Below are positions 37,332 through 51,484 of a DNA stretch of 64,000 nucleotides, piece after piece. The translations under genes and the position numbers were made by a program. The notes under the pieces are model-generated. The model did not search any database. It saw only the letters and a list, made by a program, of their open reading frames with translations, and was not told where the DNA came from. Numbering within the stretch: position 1 is the stretch's first letter; the number at the start of each line of letters is the position of its first letter. Source of the DNA: Squalus acanthias (lineage: Eukaryota); NCBI GenBank assembly GCA_030390025.1, contig CM059431.1, positions 119,414,001 through 119,478,000 of the forward strand, read 5' to 3'.

Positions 37332-38380
37332 AAACACCAGCAGAAAATGCTGGAAACACTCAGCAGGTCAGGCAGCATCATGGAGAGAGAAACAGAGTTA
37401 ACGTTTCAGGTCGATGACCCTTCGCCAGAACTGGAAAAAGTTGGAGAAGTAACAGATTTTTAAACTAATGTAGGGGCAGGGAGAGCGGGGAGGGGAGGGA
37501 AGAACAAAGGGAAGGTCTGTGATAGGATGGAAGGCAGGAGAGATTAAAAGACAAAAGGGATGATGGTGCTAGGCAAAAAGGAGATGGTAAAGGGACAAGT
37601 TAAGAAATAAAAGATGACTCTAGATGAGGTGTAAATGGCAACCTCCTCCCTTCCCACTGTCCAGGGCCCCAAACACTCCTTCCAGGTGAAACAGCGATTT
37701 ACTTGTACTTCTTGCAATTTACAATGGGGAAATCAAATGCAGATTGGGTGACCGCTTTGCGGAACACTTCCATCCAGTCCGTAATCGTGACCCAAGCTTC
37801 TGCTCACCATCACTTTAATTCTCTGCTCCACTCCCACTCTGATCTCTCCATCCTCAGCCTCTTACACTGTTCCGATGAAGCTCAACGTATGCTCGAGGAA
37901 CTGCACCTCATCTTTCGATTAGACACTTTACAGCCTTCTGGACTCAACATCAAGTTCAACAATTTTAGACCATAACCTCGGCCCCTATGTTTTCTTTTTT
38001 TCTCTCACATGGCAGCTGTTGATGATTCTGCCATTGCCATTTCCACCTCATCTAGAGTCATCTTTGGATTTTTAACTTGTCCCATTACCATCTCCTTTTG
38101 CCTTGCACCATCATCCCTTTTGTCTTTTAATCTCTCCTGCCTTCCATCCTATCACAGACCTTCCCCTTTGTTCTTCCCTCCTCTCCCCACTCTCCCTGCC
38201 CCACACTTGCTTAAAAATCTGTTACTTCTCGAACCTTTTTCCTGTTCTGATGAAAGGTCATCGACCTGAAACGTTAACTCTGTTTCTCTCTCCACGGATG
38301 CTGCCTGACCTGCTGAGTATTTCCAGCATTTTCTGTTTTAAGTTCAGATTTCCAGCATCCGCAGTATTTTGCTATTGGAT
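37332..38380. mobile_element. Penelope-like element (family 2) with inverted termini
   Basis: 37340-37640 is an inverted copy of ~38035-38340; GIY-YIG remnant (..LEELHLIFRLDTLQPSGLNIKFNNF); perfect 14-bp TSD AAGGGAATATTTAG (37318-37331, 38381-38394). Confidence 0.9.
38244..38278 (+). ncRNA. Minimal type I hammerhead ribozyme (family 2)
   Basis: GTT-CTGATGA-A-AGGTC(atc)GACCT-GAAA-CG-TT-AAC; palindromic AACGTT helix III. Confidence 0.8.
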
Positions 38381-38429
38381 AAGGGAATATTTAGCAAAAA
38401 GCTAATTACTAAAAACTCAGTGTACATAC

Positions 38430-41400
38430 ATTAGCCAGCGCTTTTTGTGCTGTTCATTGGCTGCACGCATCAGCAGGAGGGCCCGATACTGTGAGTGGCT
38501 AAAGCTAGCCTGCACTACTTAAAACTAGCCTGCACCTCTTAAAGAAGAGGTGCATTGTGGATGGAATAGGTGCTGGGAGTTGTCGTGCAAGTGAATCTGA
38601 CCTGGGAAAGAGTAAAGATGACTGACCATTGGAGAGAGCTGGCACCAAGGTTTCAGCACTGCACTGGAGGTCATGGTTGAAGAGGTGAAAAGAAGGGGAC
38701 ATGTTCTGTACCGTCAGGGTTGCCAGAGGCCCTCCAGAAACATGCTCAGAAAACAGTGGCAAGAGATAATGGAGGAGGTCAGTGCCAGGAGTATAGCTCC
38801 AAGAACGCTGATACAGTGCAGGAAGAAGTTTAATGATCTCACACAAGTGGTCAAGGTCAGTGAATGCATCTTCAAATACCATATCCTACGAAATGCACCA
38901 CTAGCCTCATCCACTGCTCAATTTACCACACCCCCATCACTCACCTACCAACAATCTCTATCAATTACGACTCAACACTAAAATTCCTACGCTTCACCTC
39001 ACCCTCACACACTTAACACTGTTGTAAACCTCAAATCCACATCTCATAGCATACACAAATGGCTAACTACTCCACCATGACAGCCATATCATCCAAACAG
39101 ATTGCACAATGCTCACTGACAGTCCCTCTCTCTCTCTTGCAGGAAATGGTGCCGCACAACCGGAGGCGGCAGGAACTAACCGGATGGGGCGAAGCACCCC
39201 TGCATGTTCTAACCCCCATGGAAGAGACAGTGCTGGCCATTATGGAAAGGGTCATTGCTGAGGCCATGTTCACCGGCGGGGCTAAATCCATTGAAGATTG
39301 AGGGTAACTGCATACCTAATCCTCCTTCTCTCATCGCACTTCTCCTTCATCCCACAATCTCCTCTGAATGAGAAGCTGCTGATGGTGTAAGCATGTACTT
39401 CTTACTTTTCCACTCCCCTCACCACAACCCTTCCCTTATCCCTTTTTTTTCTGTCAGATATCCAAGAACTGCAACCTGTCCAGGCAGTGGAGGAAGAGCG
39501 AGAAGTCAGTGAAGATGCAGACGCACCATCCCTCGATTTTACAGTCACAGCCACCAGCTCAGATACTGACACTGCGCGTAATTTAAAGGATAGCATAGAG
39601 GCGAGATCTGCATGTGGTGATACACCGGGCACAAGTGCGCTGCAGCCAGGGCAGGGGGAAAAGATAGCCCAGGAGCCAGCTCGTCAGAGGGCAAGGTCAC
39701 AAACATTTTTTGCTGCAGAGGGCTCAGATGATGACTTTGATAGGCTATCGAAGAAGGCTGATGGGTGTACACATCCAAATGCTTGCTGCACTGGAGAAAG
39801 CCTGCCAGAAAGCCTGCATTAAATGTCAAGGAGCATGGAGGGGTCTGGCAAAAACTTTGCACAGGGCTTTTCGCAGAGCTTGGAGCCCATCCTTTCCAAG
39901 ATGGAATGGGTGGTCACCTCCAGCAGCACATTTGTGGACCACAGCATGATGCAGCTTCTGATGGCCGATGTCTCAGCTTCCATAGCAGCACAAGCTGCAT
40001 CCACCCAACGTCTGAATGCTGCAGTGGAAAGTCGGACACTCTCATGTACTCTCAGCTTGCTGCCATACAAGCTCAGACTGCTGCCATCATGACTCTGGAA
40101 ACCACTGTTCAAAGGGGCTTCCAAGGCATCAAAGCACTCCAGCAGTCTGCTCTCCAACAAAGTACTAGGACTGCTGAGGAGCCGCCCCGGGAGAATGGCA
40201 ATGGTTCCATGGAGTACGAACCTGCTGTCTTCTCTCCGGCTGAAAGCATTTGTGCTCCACCCCTGCCACTCCGCCAGTGCCCTTGCTTTTGCCTGTCAGC
40301 CAGCCAGTCCAGACTGCTGCAGCCCTGGCTGAGAAGGTGCAGTCTGCAGCCGGGCCGTCTAGGTTTGTAGCTGCTCAAGGTTGCCCTCCAAGGCCATCTG
40401 CAGTCTTCTCCACTGAAAGTCAGCAGCCTTCCACCAGCCATGCTGTAGCCATTGGGGAAATACCTTGTAGGAGCACTGGGACAGGCAAAGGCAAATGGAA
40501 GACAGGCACTAAGGGAATGCACAAGTGTGATTAGCTTATGTTTGAATGCAATATGGCATAATTTAATTTAGAAATTTGGATTGGAATGTATTTTTTGTGT
40601 TGGCTTTTATTTTTGCATTGTGGGAAAGAGGACGACCCAATGGTCAGTGACAGAGGGAAGGTAAGGAGTGCTGGATTGTTGGTGAGTGGGGAATTGGGAT
40701 TGAAGTTATTGGTATCGCTCATTAATTACTTGTTTACCTAGAGCCCGGGCCGACAGACGCAGTCTAGTTGCAGCTTCCCATCCTCTTTCTCCTCTTCCAC
40801 CTCCTCCTCCTTCTCAGCCTCCTCCCTCTACCCCTTGTGCTCCTCAGGTTCTCAAATGATAGGTGGTGGCAAGGGCTGTTCCCTCATGATGGCAAGGTTG
40901 TGCAGCATGCAGCATACCACAACAAATCTTGAGACCCTTTCAGCCAAGTACTGCAGGGCTCCTCCAGAGCAGTCCAGGCAGCAGAATCATGGCTTCAGGA
41001 TGCCAATGGTCTGCTCTATAAGATTTCTTGTGGCAGCATGGCTCTCGTTGTATGCCTGATGTGCACATGTGCGTGGGTTGTGCACTGGAGTCACAAGCCA
41101 TGTCATCAGCGGATAACTCTTATCGCCCAATAGCCATTCTTTGGTTTGCCGTGGTGGCTGAAATACAGCTGCACAGAGGACTGCAGCAGAATTAATGCAT
41201 CGTGATTGCTGTCAGGATACTGGGCATTGACCTGCATGATGCACTGCCTGTGGTCACACACCAGCTGCATGTTGAGGGAATGAAATCCCTTTCGGTTCAA
41301 GTACATGGCAGAGTTGACATGAGGCGTTGCAAAGCAATGTGGATGCAGTCAATGGCATCCTGCACCATGGGGAAGCCTGCAAACCTTGCAAACCTTCATG

Positions 41401-41745
41401 CTCACTTTGCCTGCATCTCTCTGGCAAGAGGGAATGAAATAAACTTAGCTCTCTTTGCATAGTGAGCCTCAGTGACCTCCCTTATGCAGCAGTGTACTGC
41501 AAACTAAGAGATGTTGCTTATATCTCCAGCAGCAGCTTGGAAGGAGCCAGACACATAAAAATTCAGAGCCACGGTCACCTTGACAGCCACAGGCAATCCG
41601 ATCCTTGCCCTGCTGTGAGGTTGGAGTTGGGGCTGCAGCAGTTGGCAGATTTCAGTGACAACCTCTTTTGTGAATCGCATTTAGGGTGCGTAAGGGGCCT
41701 CGTAGCGCCCAAAGAACGAGCTCTACCGAGCCCAATTTTGCACCC
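38430..41745. mobile_element. Decayed two-gene Harbinger transposon (Myb-like + at ~38620-40534; transposase - at ~40730-41675)
   Basis: ..WQEIMEEVSARSIAPRTLIQCRKKFNDL..; YLNRKGFHSLNMQLVCD; right TIR CCCAATTTTGCACCC; left TIR not found. Confidence 0.85.
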
Positions 41746-41875
41746 TGCGTGTTTGTATTGTTTATAGTGTACTTACAGATTATTCTCTAGCTGTTTATTT
41801 TCCTGTTCCCACCAGTTATTTTCTAAAACATAGGAAATATTCAGTAGGAACTTTATGACGCAACATAAAAATGTC

Positions 41876-43164
41876 GAGGTAGAGTTTCCGCTTTGGGCGC
41901 AATCGGCGATCCAGGCACAAATTGCTCACAAAATTGAGCTCATTTTCTGAATTTAATTTTTTGCCCATGTTTCCGCTCAAACTCATTTGCATATCGGCAA
42001 ACGTAAAATCTTCCATGAACCAGTGAAATTGAATTTTTTTTTTTGCATTAAAAATATTCCTTGCTATATTTAAGAATGTTAACCTAGTGCAGTTTTATTA
42101 ATACAGCTGAAAATGGGTTTATCACAAAAAATAACCATTTTTAATCAGAGGCCCGGAATTTGTGGTCCAGATGACGGCGAACTGGCGGCATTCACCGTCA
42201 TTCCGCCTTTGAAGCTGACCGCAACTTCTTGAGCGGTCTGTCATTCACTGCTCCTGCACAGGCTGCGCCGTGCCCACTCTATCACACCCACCGCCGCCCC
42301 CCCCCCCCCCCCCGACAGAGCCGGCAATCAGTGTAATCTTCAAACAGGGAAACTAATGAAAACCTCGGCTGTTCCGCAGTAATTAGGCTGTTAAATTCCC
42401 CACTAAAAGTTAGACCCAAAGGGATTAGGTGTAACTGGGGTTCTAACAGCATATTGACTGCTAATCAAAGGTTATGGCCCTGAAAAACTAATTTTCATTT
42501 TGTGCAGTGTCAAAATTATTAATTTTAATAAAAATTAAAATTTTCAATGAACTTAAAAAAAAATGTTTTTTTAAGTTTATGCATCTTTATTTCTGGTTTG
42601 CCTTTTGCCCATGTGAGATCCCCAATCTTTGTTTTGCTCTCTCTAACATTTTTAAAAGTTAGGGGGGAAAATTGGGTTGCTTTGTGCCTCCGTTAGCACC
42701 CCTGGGGGGCGCAAAGCCCCTTGCTAACACCTCCCATGAAATTCAGCTCAGTTGATTTGAATTACATGTGAGAAAACCCGAACTTACTTCGGGGCCAGAA
42801 GCAAACGCCTTTGCTTCGCCACTGACCGCAAATTCCGGGCCAGAGTGTCTAGTCCACCACCTGCGCCTAAACTGTTCGTGCCATTGCACCAAAAAAAAAG
42901 CTTATTTTTAAGAGCTTCCTCGAAGGCCCACAAACGGTCGCAATTAGCGAAAACTCCCAATGGTGATCAATCCAATCTGGGGGGAGTGGCCAAATTTGTG
43001 GGTGGGGCCAGCTTCCATCACAATGTTTTTTAAATTAGCACAAAAGATCGTGGAAACTTGATTTGTGCTGGACGTAATTTGCGTTTGAAATTCCTCGATC
43101 TTTTGCGCTGGTTTGGCTGATTTTGGGCGAATTACGCTGGAAATGCTAGCGGAAACTCCACCTC
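41876..43164. mobile_element. MITE containing a nested MITE at 42150-42841
   Basis: Outer TIRs GAGGTAGAGTTTCCGCT / AGCGGAAACTCCACCTC; inner TIRs GGCCCGGAATTTG / CAAATTCCGGGCC with AGA TSD. Confidence 0.85.
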
Positions 43165-43818
43165 AAGAGTTCCCAATGCTGCGCCATGGGTCCTTTACAA
43201 GGAATTACAGCACATGTAAATCATTAATCCAAATCAAGCATTGAGCTCCAGAGTAAGATCCCACTAAAATACAAAGGAGGAAGGTGAAATTCCTCTGTGC
43301 AGTAGGTGCAGTTCATTTATTAATGCGCTTGTAACAAATTCCTATGTGCTTTCTATTAACAAAGTTGTTACCCCAAGTGAGATTATCGGGTAGTTTTCAA
43401 TTTGCAGCCTGGCATTGTAGATCGGCTGCCCATTATAGAAACCACCCGACTTTAAATGCTAACCATTTTTGTGATTCGAAAAAAATGTGGATATAACAAT
43501 AGTGGCATAATTGTAAAATGCATAGAATAGAGATCATGATTTTCGGGGATTGTTATGCACAGCCAAATTACTAAATAGGTTATCTCGATGCTTGTTCCGT
43601 AAACCAGTTAGAATCAGTTCTTAGAGCTGATTTTCTGAATGCACATTCCCAGTGCAGAGCCTCACTCGCTGAGAGCGCACAGCAGGAAATCATTGGCGTG
43701 CTCCCACAATTTTATTTTAATGGATGAAAAATTATGGGGAGTGTCAGCATTTGTTTTCTGATGGGAACTCCAGAAGATGAGACTCTGGCAGGAGCACACA
43801 TTCGGAAAAATTGGCCCT

Positions 43819-44992
43819 AATGGTTTGATAAAGTGCCACATAATAGGCTTGCCAACAAAGTTGAAGCCCATGGAATAAAAGGGACAGTGGCAGCATGGAT
43901 ATGGAATTGGCTAAGTGACAGGAAACAGAGAGTAGTGGTGAATGGTTGTTTTTCGGACTGGAGGAAGGTATACAGTGGTGTTCCCCAGGGATCGGTACTA
44001 GGACCACTGCTTTTCTTGATAAATATTAATGATTTGGACTTAGGTGTACAGCGCACTATTTCAAAATTTGCAGATGACACAAAACTTGGAAGTATAGTGA
44101 ACAGTGAGGAGGATAGGGATAGACTTCAAGAGGACACAGACAGGCTGGTGGAATGAGCAGACACGTGGCAGATGAAATTTAACGCAGAAAAGTGCAAAGT
44201 GATACATTTTGGTAGGAAGAATGAGGAGAGGTAATATAAACTAAAGGGTACAATCCTAAATGGGGTGCATGAACAGAGAGACCTGGAAGTATATGTGCAC
44301 AAATCATTGAAGGTGGCAGGGCAGGTTGAGAAAGCAGTTAAAAAGGTATACTGCGCTTCATAAACAGAGGCATAGAGTAGAAAAGCAAGGAAATTATGAT
44401 GAACCTTTATAAAACACTGGTTCAGCCTCAACTGGAGTATTGTGTCCAATTCTGGGCACCGTACATTAGGAAGGATGTGAAGGCCTTAGAGAGGGTGCAG
44501 AAAAGATTTACGAGAATGATTCCAGGGATGAGGGACTTCAGTTACGTGGATAGACTAGAGAAGCTGGGGTTGTTCTCCTTGAAGCAGAGAAGGTTGAGCG
44601 GAGATTTGATAGAGGTGTTCAAAATCATGACGGGTCCCGACAGAGTAGATCGAGAGAAACTGTTCCGATTGGCGGAAGGGTCAAGAACCAAAGGACACAG
44701 ATTTAAGGTGATTGGCAAAAGAAGCAAAGGCGACATGAGGAAAAACTTTTTTACGCAGCGAGTGGTTAGGATCTGGAATGCACTGCCTGAAATGGGTGGT
44801 AGAGGCAGCCTCAATCGTGGTTTTCAAAAGGGAATTAGATAAGTACTTGAAGGAAAAAAATTTGCTGGGCTACGGGGAAAAGGCGGGGGAGTGAGCCGAG
44901 CTGAAGTGCTCTTGCAGAGAGCTGGCACGGGCTCGACGGGCCGAATGTCCTCTTTCTGCGCTGTAACCATTCTATGATTCTATAATTCTATG
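43819..44992 (+). mobile_element. CR1 LINE 3' fragment (RT to tail)
   Basis: SGVPQGSVLGPLLF and KFADDTK motifs; (ATTCTATG)n tail. Confidence 0.95.
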
Positions 44993-47779
44993 GTACTGTC
45001 TGAGCTTATGTGTGTTGCAAGCTTTATACAGCAGTAAAGTGACCTAAAACATTAGCTGCTACGACTCAGCGACATTATTCTACAAATTTTTCCCTCGGAC
45101 AGCTCCAAACTAGGCTTGAGTTCATTCATCTTGACCTGAATTTCACATAAACAAATATGCCAATTTTGTTGGATGAGTATTCAAGGCTGGTATTTGAAAT
45201 CAAGTTAAATCTCCTGAGTTTTAGACAAGAGTTCATGGACGCTTCTTAATGAATACAGAAATGTATATACTGTATAAATAAATCAGTAAACAATTTTTAA
45301 ATCAAATCTTATTTAAAAGTTAATTTGAAATGTTAAAAAAGCCTTTAAAGATATAATTAGAAAATATTTTTTTAATCTAAAATGGTTTGCTGCAGGAATT
45401 AGCTCCCAATTGACGTTTATAATTGCAATAATTGTTCTGTCTGATGATTAAAAATCAGAAATTAACTGTGAACTTTTTTGATTTCAAGGTCACACAGAGA
45501 AGCCGTAATACAACATGCCTCTGTGATTATTAACAAAGATAGATCTTTCAGATGAAGACTGTTACAATCTGACAGATTGGAATGTGCAATGTAAGTTAAT
45601 ACTAATTGCGTATTTAAGTGTAGTCATTAGAAGTACCCCATGTAGTAGATGTGTCGATTACTATGGGCTGTTCAGCTGTAAGCATAATTACCTGTCAACA
45701 GTATGTGACTGAAGCAGCAAATTTACAGCTTTGAAGAAACGTCATAATAAGGTTAACATACATAAAGAAAACACATAATTAGAGCTTTGTTGGGTGTTAA
45801 ATAGTGCAATGTGCCACCTTTCAGAATATATTTTGTGAACAAATGTTATCACTAGCACAGCTATTGAACTGTGCTTATATTAGCATGAGTCAAATAAATT
45901 GCCATTGACAAAAATGTAGTGGTTCAATGATGCAGTTGAGAAATAAAACCTCTTATTTTGCAAAAAATGTGCTTCAAATTTGATTGATTTGTGGTGTGTT
46001 AAAAGTAACCTCCATTTTGAGGAAATTTCATAAATCATGCAAGTAAATAACTGTCAAGTCACAGCGTGAGACAAACTGGAATATATCAGAGTCAAGGATA
46101 TGCATATTTCTCAAACAATTAGCTAAATGACATGAAGCACCAGAATCAAAATGAGTTTAATTGATTTGCATAACGGTCAACAGTTCAAGGAGAAACAGCT
46201 GTCACATTTTGGAGAAACAGAAAAAAGACACTGATGGCTTCTTCAGTGATTCTTTTATCTTCTGCTTTTATGAACACTGGTCAATTAACCCAACGTGACA
46301 GATACAGTTATAATCCAAAAGCTCCAACCAGACATCAGGGGAACTTATTTACAATACATTGGGAGCAGTTTGTTCAGTTCACTCACCTAGTGAGATCTAA
46401 ATGCTTTAGTTCTCATAGCCTGACTTCTTTTGTGACAAGCGGCCTTGGGATTCAAACTCATCAAATTCTTATTGTCAGCCAAGTGCAAGTCCCTACATTG
46501 TATGGCCACCCCGTATTATCTATTATTATCTCCAGATCATTTACTTTACCTAATTCAAGGAGCTATATTTTCATGAAAACATTTTTGATGCTTTTTTTCT
46601 GTCTGACAAGGCGGAAGAGCCATGTATAATTTTTGCCACAGTACTCATTAACACAATGATGCATTTTGAGGTAATTTTTCAGTGGTCAGCTGTTTTGAAG
46701 CAATCAAAGTAATACAAAACGTTGATGGTTGTTCAGCTGGTTTGTTTTTCTGTGAATTTTTAAGCGACAATCATTTTGCCAAGTTTCCTGTCAAATGAAT
46801 CTGGCTCTTCTGTATTTAATTCAGAGAATGTCACTGAGGTTTGAAAGCTTACTATTCAAACACAAAAATGAAATAATAGTGCAGATCAAAATACAGTTTG
46901 ACCCATTCAAAGGGTTAATTTAGGTTAATGCTATTTGGATTGCAGATAGTTTCAATTTCAATCCAGATTAATCCCATTCTAGGCTACAGTATGCTTCAAT
47001 CGAAATACAAATTAATTCAGGTTGCAGTGCAGATCGTCTGAAGCCAAACATGGATTTATACAGGTCACTGAATAATTGGCTTTCACGGTAAAAGTCCATT
47101 TTACAGCAATGAAGATATTTATATCCTATTTATACTAGCAAGTAGGAGGCAAAATACTGATTGATTTGGCTGCCATTTGTCACTATAAATGGCCTGAGCT
47201 AAACATAGCTGGCGGTTGTTGGGTATCTGATAAACCATGGATGTCAGACATGATTTCATACATAAAACAGAAAATGCTGGAAATACACAGATCAATCAGC
47301 AGCTATATAGAGGAAAGACGGGTTATTGATGTTTCGGGGTGAAAACTGAAGATTGAAAGGTAAACAGGCATTTTGGCAACGTTGGAACAAGTGGAGTTTT
47401 GAATTTCGTGGTGGAGGCCTTTCATCGGAGCACAGAGTTAGTGCGCCCAGAGCTCACGGTGTTCTCTTCTCCTGACCCATTGTGTTTGGCCATCATCTTT
47501 TTGTTTTAATCTGAGTTCTTATGCATTTGAAGTTTGCCTTTTATTCCGCTTTCTTTCTCTACTTTTCATTATTTTCTCACCTTTGTGTCCCTTTAATGTC
47601 TTTCCATTCCTTCACCTTCTATCATCTAACAGTTTCTATTAAGCAGTTTACAGGTCATTCATTACTCCCTAATACAATAGCAAAATACTGTGGATGCTGG
47701 AAATCCGAAATAACAACAGAAAACGCTGGAAAAACTCAGCAGGCCAGGCAGCATCCGTGGAGAGAGAAACAGAGTTAAA

Positions 47780-48542
47780 GGGCCAGAAATTTGGCTCTTG
47801 TCGGGTGAGTACGCGCTGTGTACTCACCCGACAGGCCACCTGAAGTGCCGGTTTCCTGCATGCACTGCACATGCGCGGGAAACCGGAACTTCTGTTCCCC
47901 TGAAGGAAGGGGTTCAGAAGTCGAACGCGTGCGCGGGAGAGGCTGCGCGCACGCAGCGAACTTCGTTTTTTTTTTCAGGTTTCTCCGGGAGGGTAAGTAT
48001 GGAGAAGCTGCACTTTTAAAAAGGAGGTGCAAGGCCTGTTTTTAACAAGGTAAGTGGTTAATTAATTACAATTTAAACATTTTTTCAACAGGTTTATCTT
48101 TTTGAGATACTTTAAAGAAAGGTAAGTTTATTTTTAGCACCGTTAAAAAGTATAATTAATTTTTTCAAAAATTTAAATTTTTGTTTAAAGTAGTTAATTT
48201 ATGTAACTTATAGTTATTTTAAAAATGTGATTTAAAAAAAAAAATATTTGAAGTTTAAGTGTGGTTTTGGGGCCGATCTCTATTTATAGATTTGACAGGT
48301 CTTCCTGCCAAATCTATGAATGAAAAAGCCCTGTTAGGATTGGCTCTCCATGGCCCACGTGATCCCAGGGGACGCTTCGAACTAACTGCGCCCCTGGGAT
48401 ACGCAAGCACTGCGTGCCGGCAGCTGGAGGAGGCCCAGGAGCCAAAGTCCTCGTGGGCCCAAAGCACAACGGCAGGCACGGTAGGCAAGTACGCGCGCGA
48501 TGCTTGCACCCGCAGGAAGCCGGAAAGCCGAATTTCCGGCCC
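47780..48542. mobile_element. MITE inserted into helix I of the Penelope hammerhead
   Basis: TIRs GGGCCAGAAATT / AATTTCCGGCCC; TSD AAA/AAC; splits GAGTT|AACGTTTCAGG. Confidence 0.88.
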
Positions 48543-48895
48543 AACGTTTCAGGTCAAAGACCTTTCGTCAGAACTAGAAAAAAGCAGTTAATGGAATAGA
48601 TTTTAAAGCAAGTTTAGGGGCTGGGAAAAGGGGGAGGGAATGAAAGAACAAAAGGGATGACCAGTGATAGGATAGAAAGCAGGAGAGATTAAGAGACATT
48701 GAGAGACATTAAGAGATATTCAAGGCAAGTGGAGGCGGTAATGGGACAGGTTAAGGAACAAAGGATGGCTCTAGATAAAGTGTGAATTGTGCTGGCAGAC
48801 CGAAGGACAGCTGCCATGTGGGAGGGAAGAAAAAAAGGCCAAAAAAAGGTGTGGATAAAAAAAATATATATATATATATGTGATAGGGGCCGAGG

Positions 48896-50780
48896 TTATG
48901 ATCTGAAATTGTTGAACTCTATGTTGAGTCCAGAGGGCTGTAGGGTGCCTAATCGAAAGATGAGGTGCTGTTCCTCGAGCTTACGCTGAGCTTCCGTGGA
49001 ACAATGCAAGAGGCCGAGGATGGTGAGGTCTGAGTGGAAATAGAGCGGTGAATTAAAGTGACAGGCCACCGGGAGCTCGGGGTCCCCCTTATGGACTGAA
49101 CGGAGGTGTTCAGCAAAGCGGTCACCCAATCTGCGTTTGGTCTCCCCAATGTAGAGGAGACCACATCGTGAGCAGCGAATACAGTATACTAAATTGCAAG
49201 AAGTACAAGTAAATCGCTCTTTCACCTGGAAGGGGTGTTTGGGGCCCTGGACAGTGGGAATGGGGGAGGTATAAGGGCATGTGTTGCATCTCCTGCGCTT
49301 GCACGGGAAGGTGCCGGGCGAAGGGGAAGGGGTGCTGGGGGTGGTAGAGGAGTGGACTTGGGTGTCGCGGAGGGAGCGGTCCCTACGGAATGCTGAAAGG
49401 GGAGGTGAGGGGAAGATGCGTTTGGTGGTGGGATCACGCTGGAGGTGGCGGAAATGGCGGAGGATGATCCGTTGAATGTGAAGGCTGGTGGGGTGAAAGG
49501 TGAGGACAAGGGGATCTCTATCGTGGTTTCCGGGAGGGAGGGGCAGGGGTGAGGGCAGAAGTGCGGGAGATGGAACGGACACGGTCGAGGGCCATGTCAA
49601 ACACAGTAGAGGGGAATCCTTGGTTGAGGAAAAAGGAAGATATGTCGGAAGCACTGGTATGGAAGGTGGCATCATCAGAGCAGATGCGGTGGAGACGGAG
49701 AAACTGGGAGAATGGAATAGAGTCCTTACAGGAGGCGGGGTGGGAGGAAGTGTAGTCCAGGTAGCTGTGGGAGTCAGTGGGCTTGTAGTGAATGTTTGTC
49801 AATAACCTATCCCCAGAGATGGAGACGGAGAAGTCGAGGAAGGGAAGGGAAGAGTCGGAGATGGACCATGTGAAGGTGAGGGAAGGGTGGAAAATGGAAG
49901 CAAAGTGAATGAAATTTTCTAGTTCAGGGCGAGAGCAGGAGACGGCACCGATACAGTCATCAATGTACCGGAAAAAGAGATGAGGGAGGGGACCCGAGTA
50001 GGAGTAGGAGTGTTCCACATATCCCACGAAAAGGCAGGCTTAGCTAGGACCCATGCGGCAACCCATAGCAACACCTTTGATTTGGAGGAAATGAGTGGAG
50101 TCAAAGGAGAAGTTGTTCAATGTGAGAACAAGTTCAGCCAGGCGGAGGAGGGTGGTGGTGGATGGGGACTGGTTGGGCCTCTGTTCAAGGAAGAAGCGGA
50201 GCACCGTCAGGCCATCCTGGTGGGGGATGGAGGTGTAGAGGGATTGTACGTCCATCGTGAAAAGGAGGTGGTTGGGGCCGAGAAACTGGAAACTGTTGAA
50301 GTGGCGGTTGGCGTCGGAAGAGTCGCGGATGTAGGTGGGAAGAGACTGGACAGGGGGAGAAAAAATAGAGTCGAGATAGGAAGAGATAAGTTCCGTGGGG
50401 CAAGAACAGGCTGAAACGATGTGTCCACCAGGGCAGTCCTGTTTGTGGATCTTGGGAAGGAGGTAGAAGCGGGCTGTGCGGAGTTGGGGAACTATGAGGT
50501 TGGCAGCCGTGGGGGGAAGATCTCCAGAGGAGATGAGGTCAGTGACAGTCTTGGAAACGGTGGCTTGATGTTCGGTAGTGGGGTCATGGTCCAGGTGGAG
50601 GTAGGATGAGGTGTCGGATAATTGCCGTTCAGCTTCTGCTAGGTAGAGGTCGGTTCGCCAAACAACCACAGCACCACCCTTGTCAGCAGGTTTAATGACA
50701 ATGTTGGGGTTGGATCTGAGAGAATGGAGTGCTGCAAGTTCAGAGGGAGGTAGGTTAGAGTGAGTGAGGGGAGCAGAGAA
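48896..50780 (-). pseudogene. Penelope RT-GIY-YIG polyprotein (5'-truncated; one stop, one frameshift)
   Basis: IKPADKGGAVVVW, TMDVQSLYTSI, GVAMG, RYIDD and VYCIRCSRCGLLYIGETKRRL motifs. Confidence 0.92.
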
Positions 50781-50959
50781 ATGGAGAAGGCCGATGTCAC
50801 GGCGGCACTCAGACCTCACTGTCCTCGGCCTCTTGCATTGTTCCACGGAAGCTCAGCGTAAGCTCAAGGGACAGCACCTCATCTTTCGATTAGGCACCCT
50901 ACAGCCCTCTGGACTCAACATAGAGTTCAACAATTTCAGATCATAACCTCGGCCCCTAT

Positions 50960-50996
<37 letters not shown>

Positions 50997-51484
50997 TATT
51001 TTTATCCACTCTTTTTGTATGGCCTTTTTTTCTTCCCTCCCACATGGCAGCTGTCCTTCATTCTGCCAGCGCAATTCACACTTCATCTAGAGCCATCCTT
51101 TGTTCCTTAACCTGTCCCATTACCACCTCCTCTTGCCTTGAATATCTCTTAATGGCCCAGAAATTAAACATGGATGGTTCCCGCGGGGGTAAGGATTCCC
51201 CGCGATATCGCACTCCGCGCCTACCTTTTTGCTCCGGGCCCACACGAACTTTAGTTTCAAAGGCTCTCTCTGTTGGAACCGTGCAGTGCTTGTGTGACCC
51301 AGAGGCGCAATTAGTTCGTGCGAGCTCTGGGATCACGTGATTCAGTTAGAGCCAATGGCAGCCCACCATCTTTCATTCATAGTTTTGACGGCAAGAGCTG
51401 TCAAAGCTATGAATACTACAAACCCCCAAAAGAACAGCTAAACCTCAATTAAATTTAAAAAAAAGCCATCACATTAATAAAATA

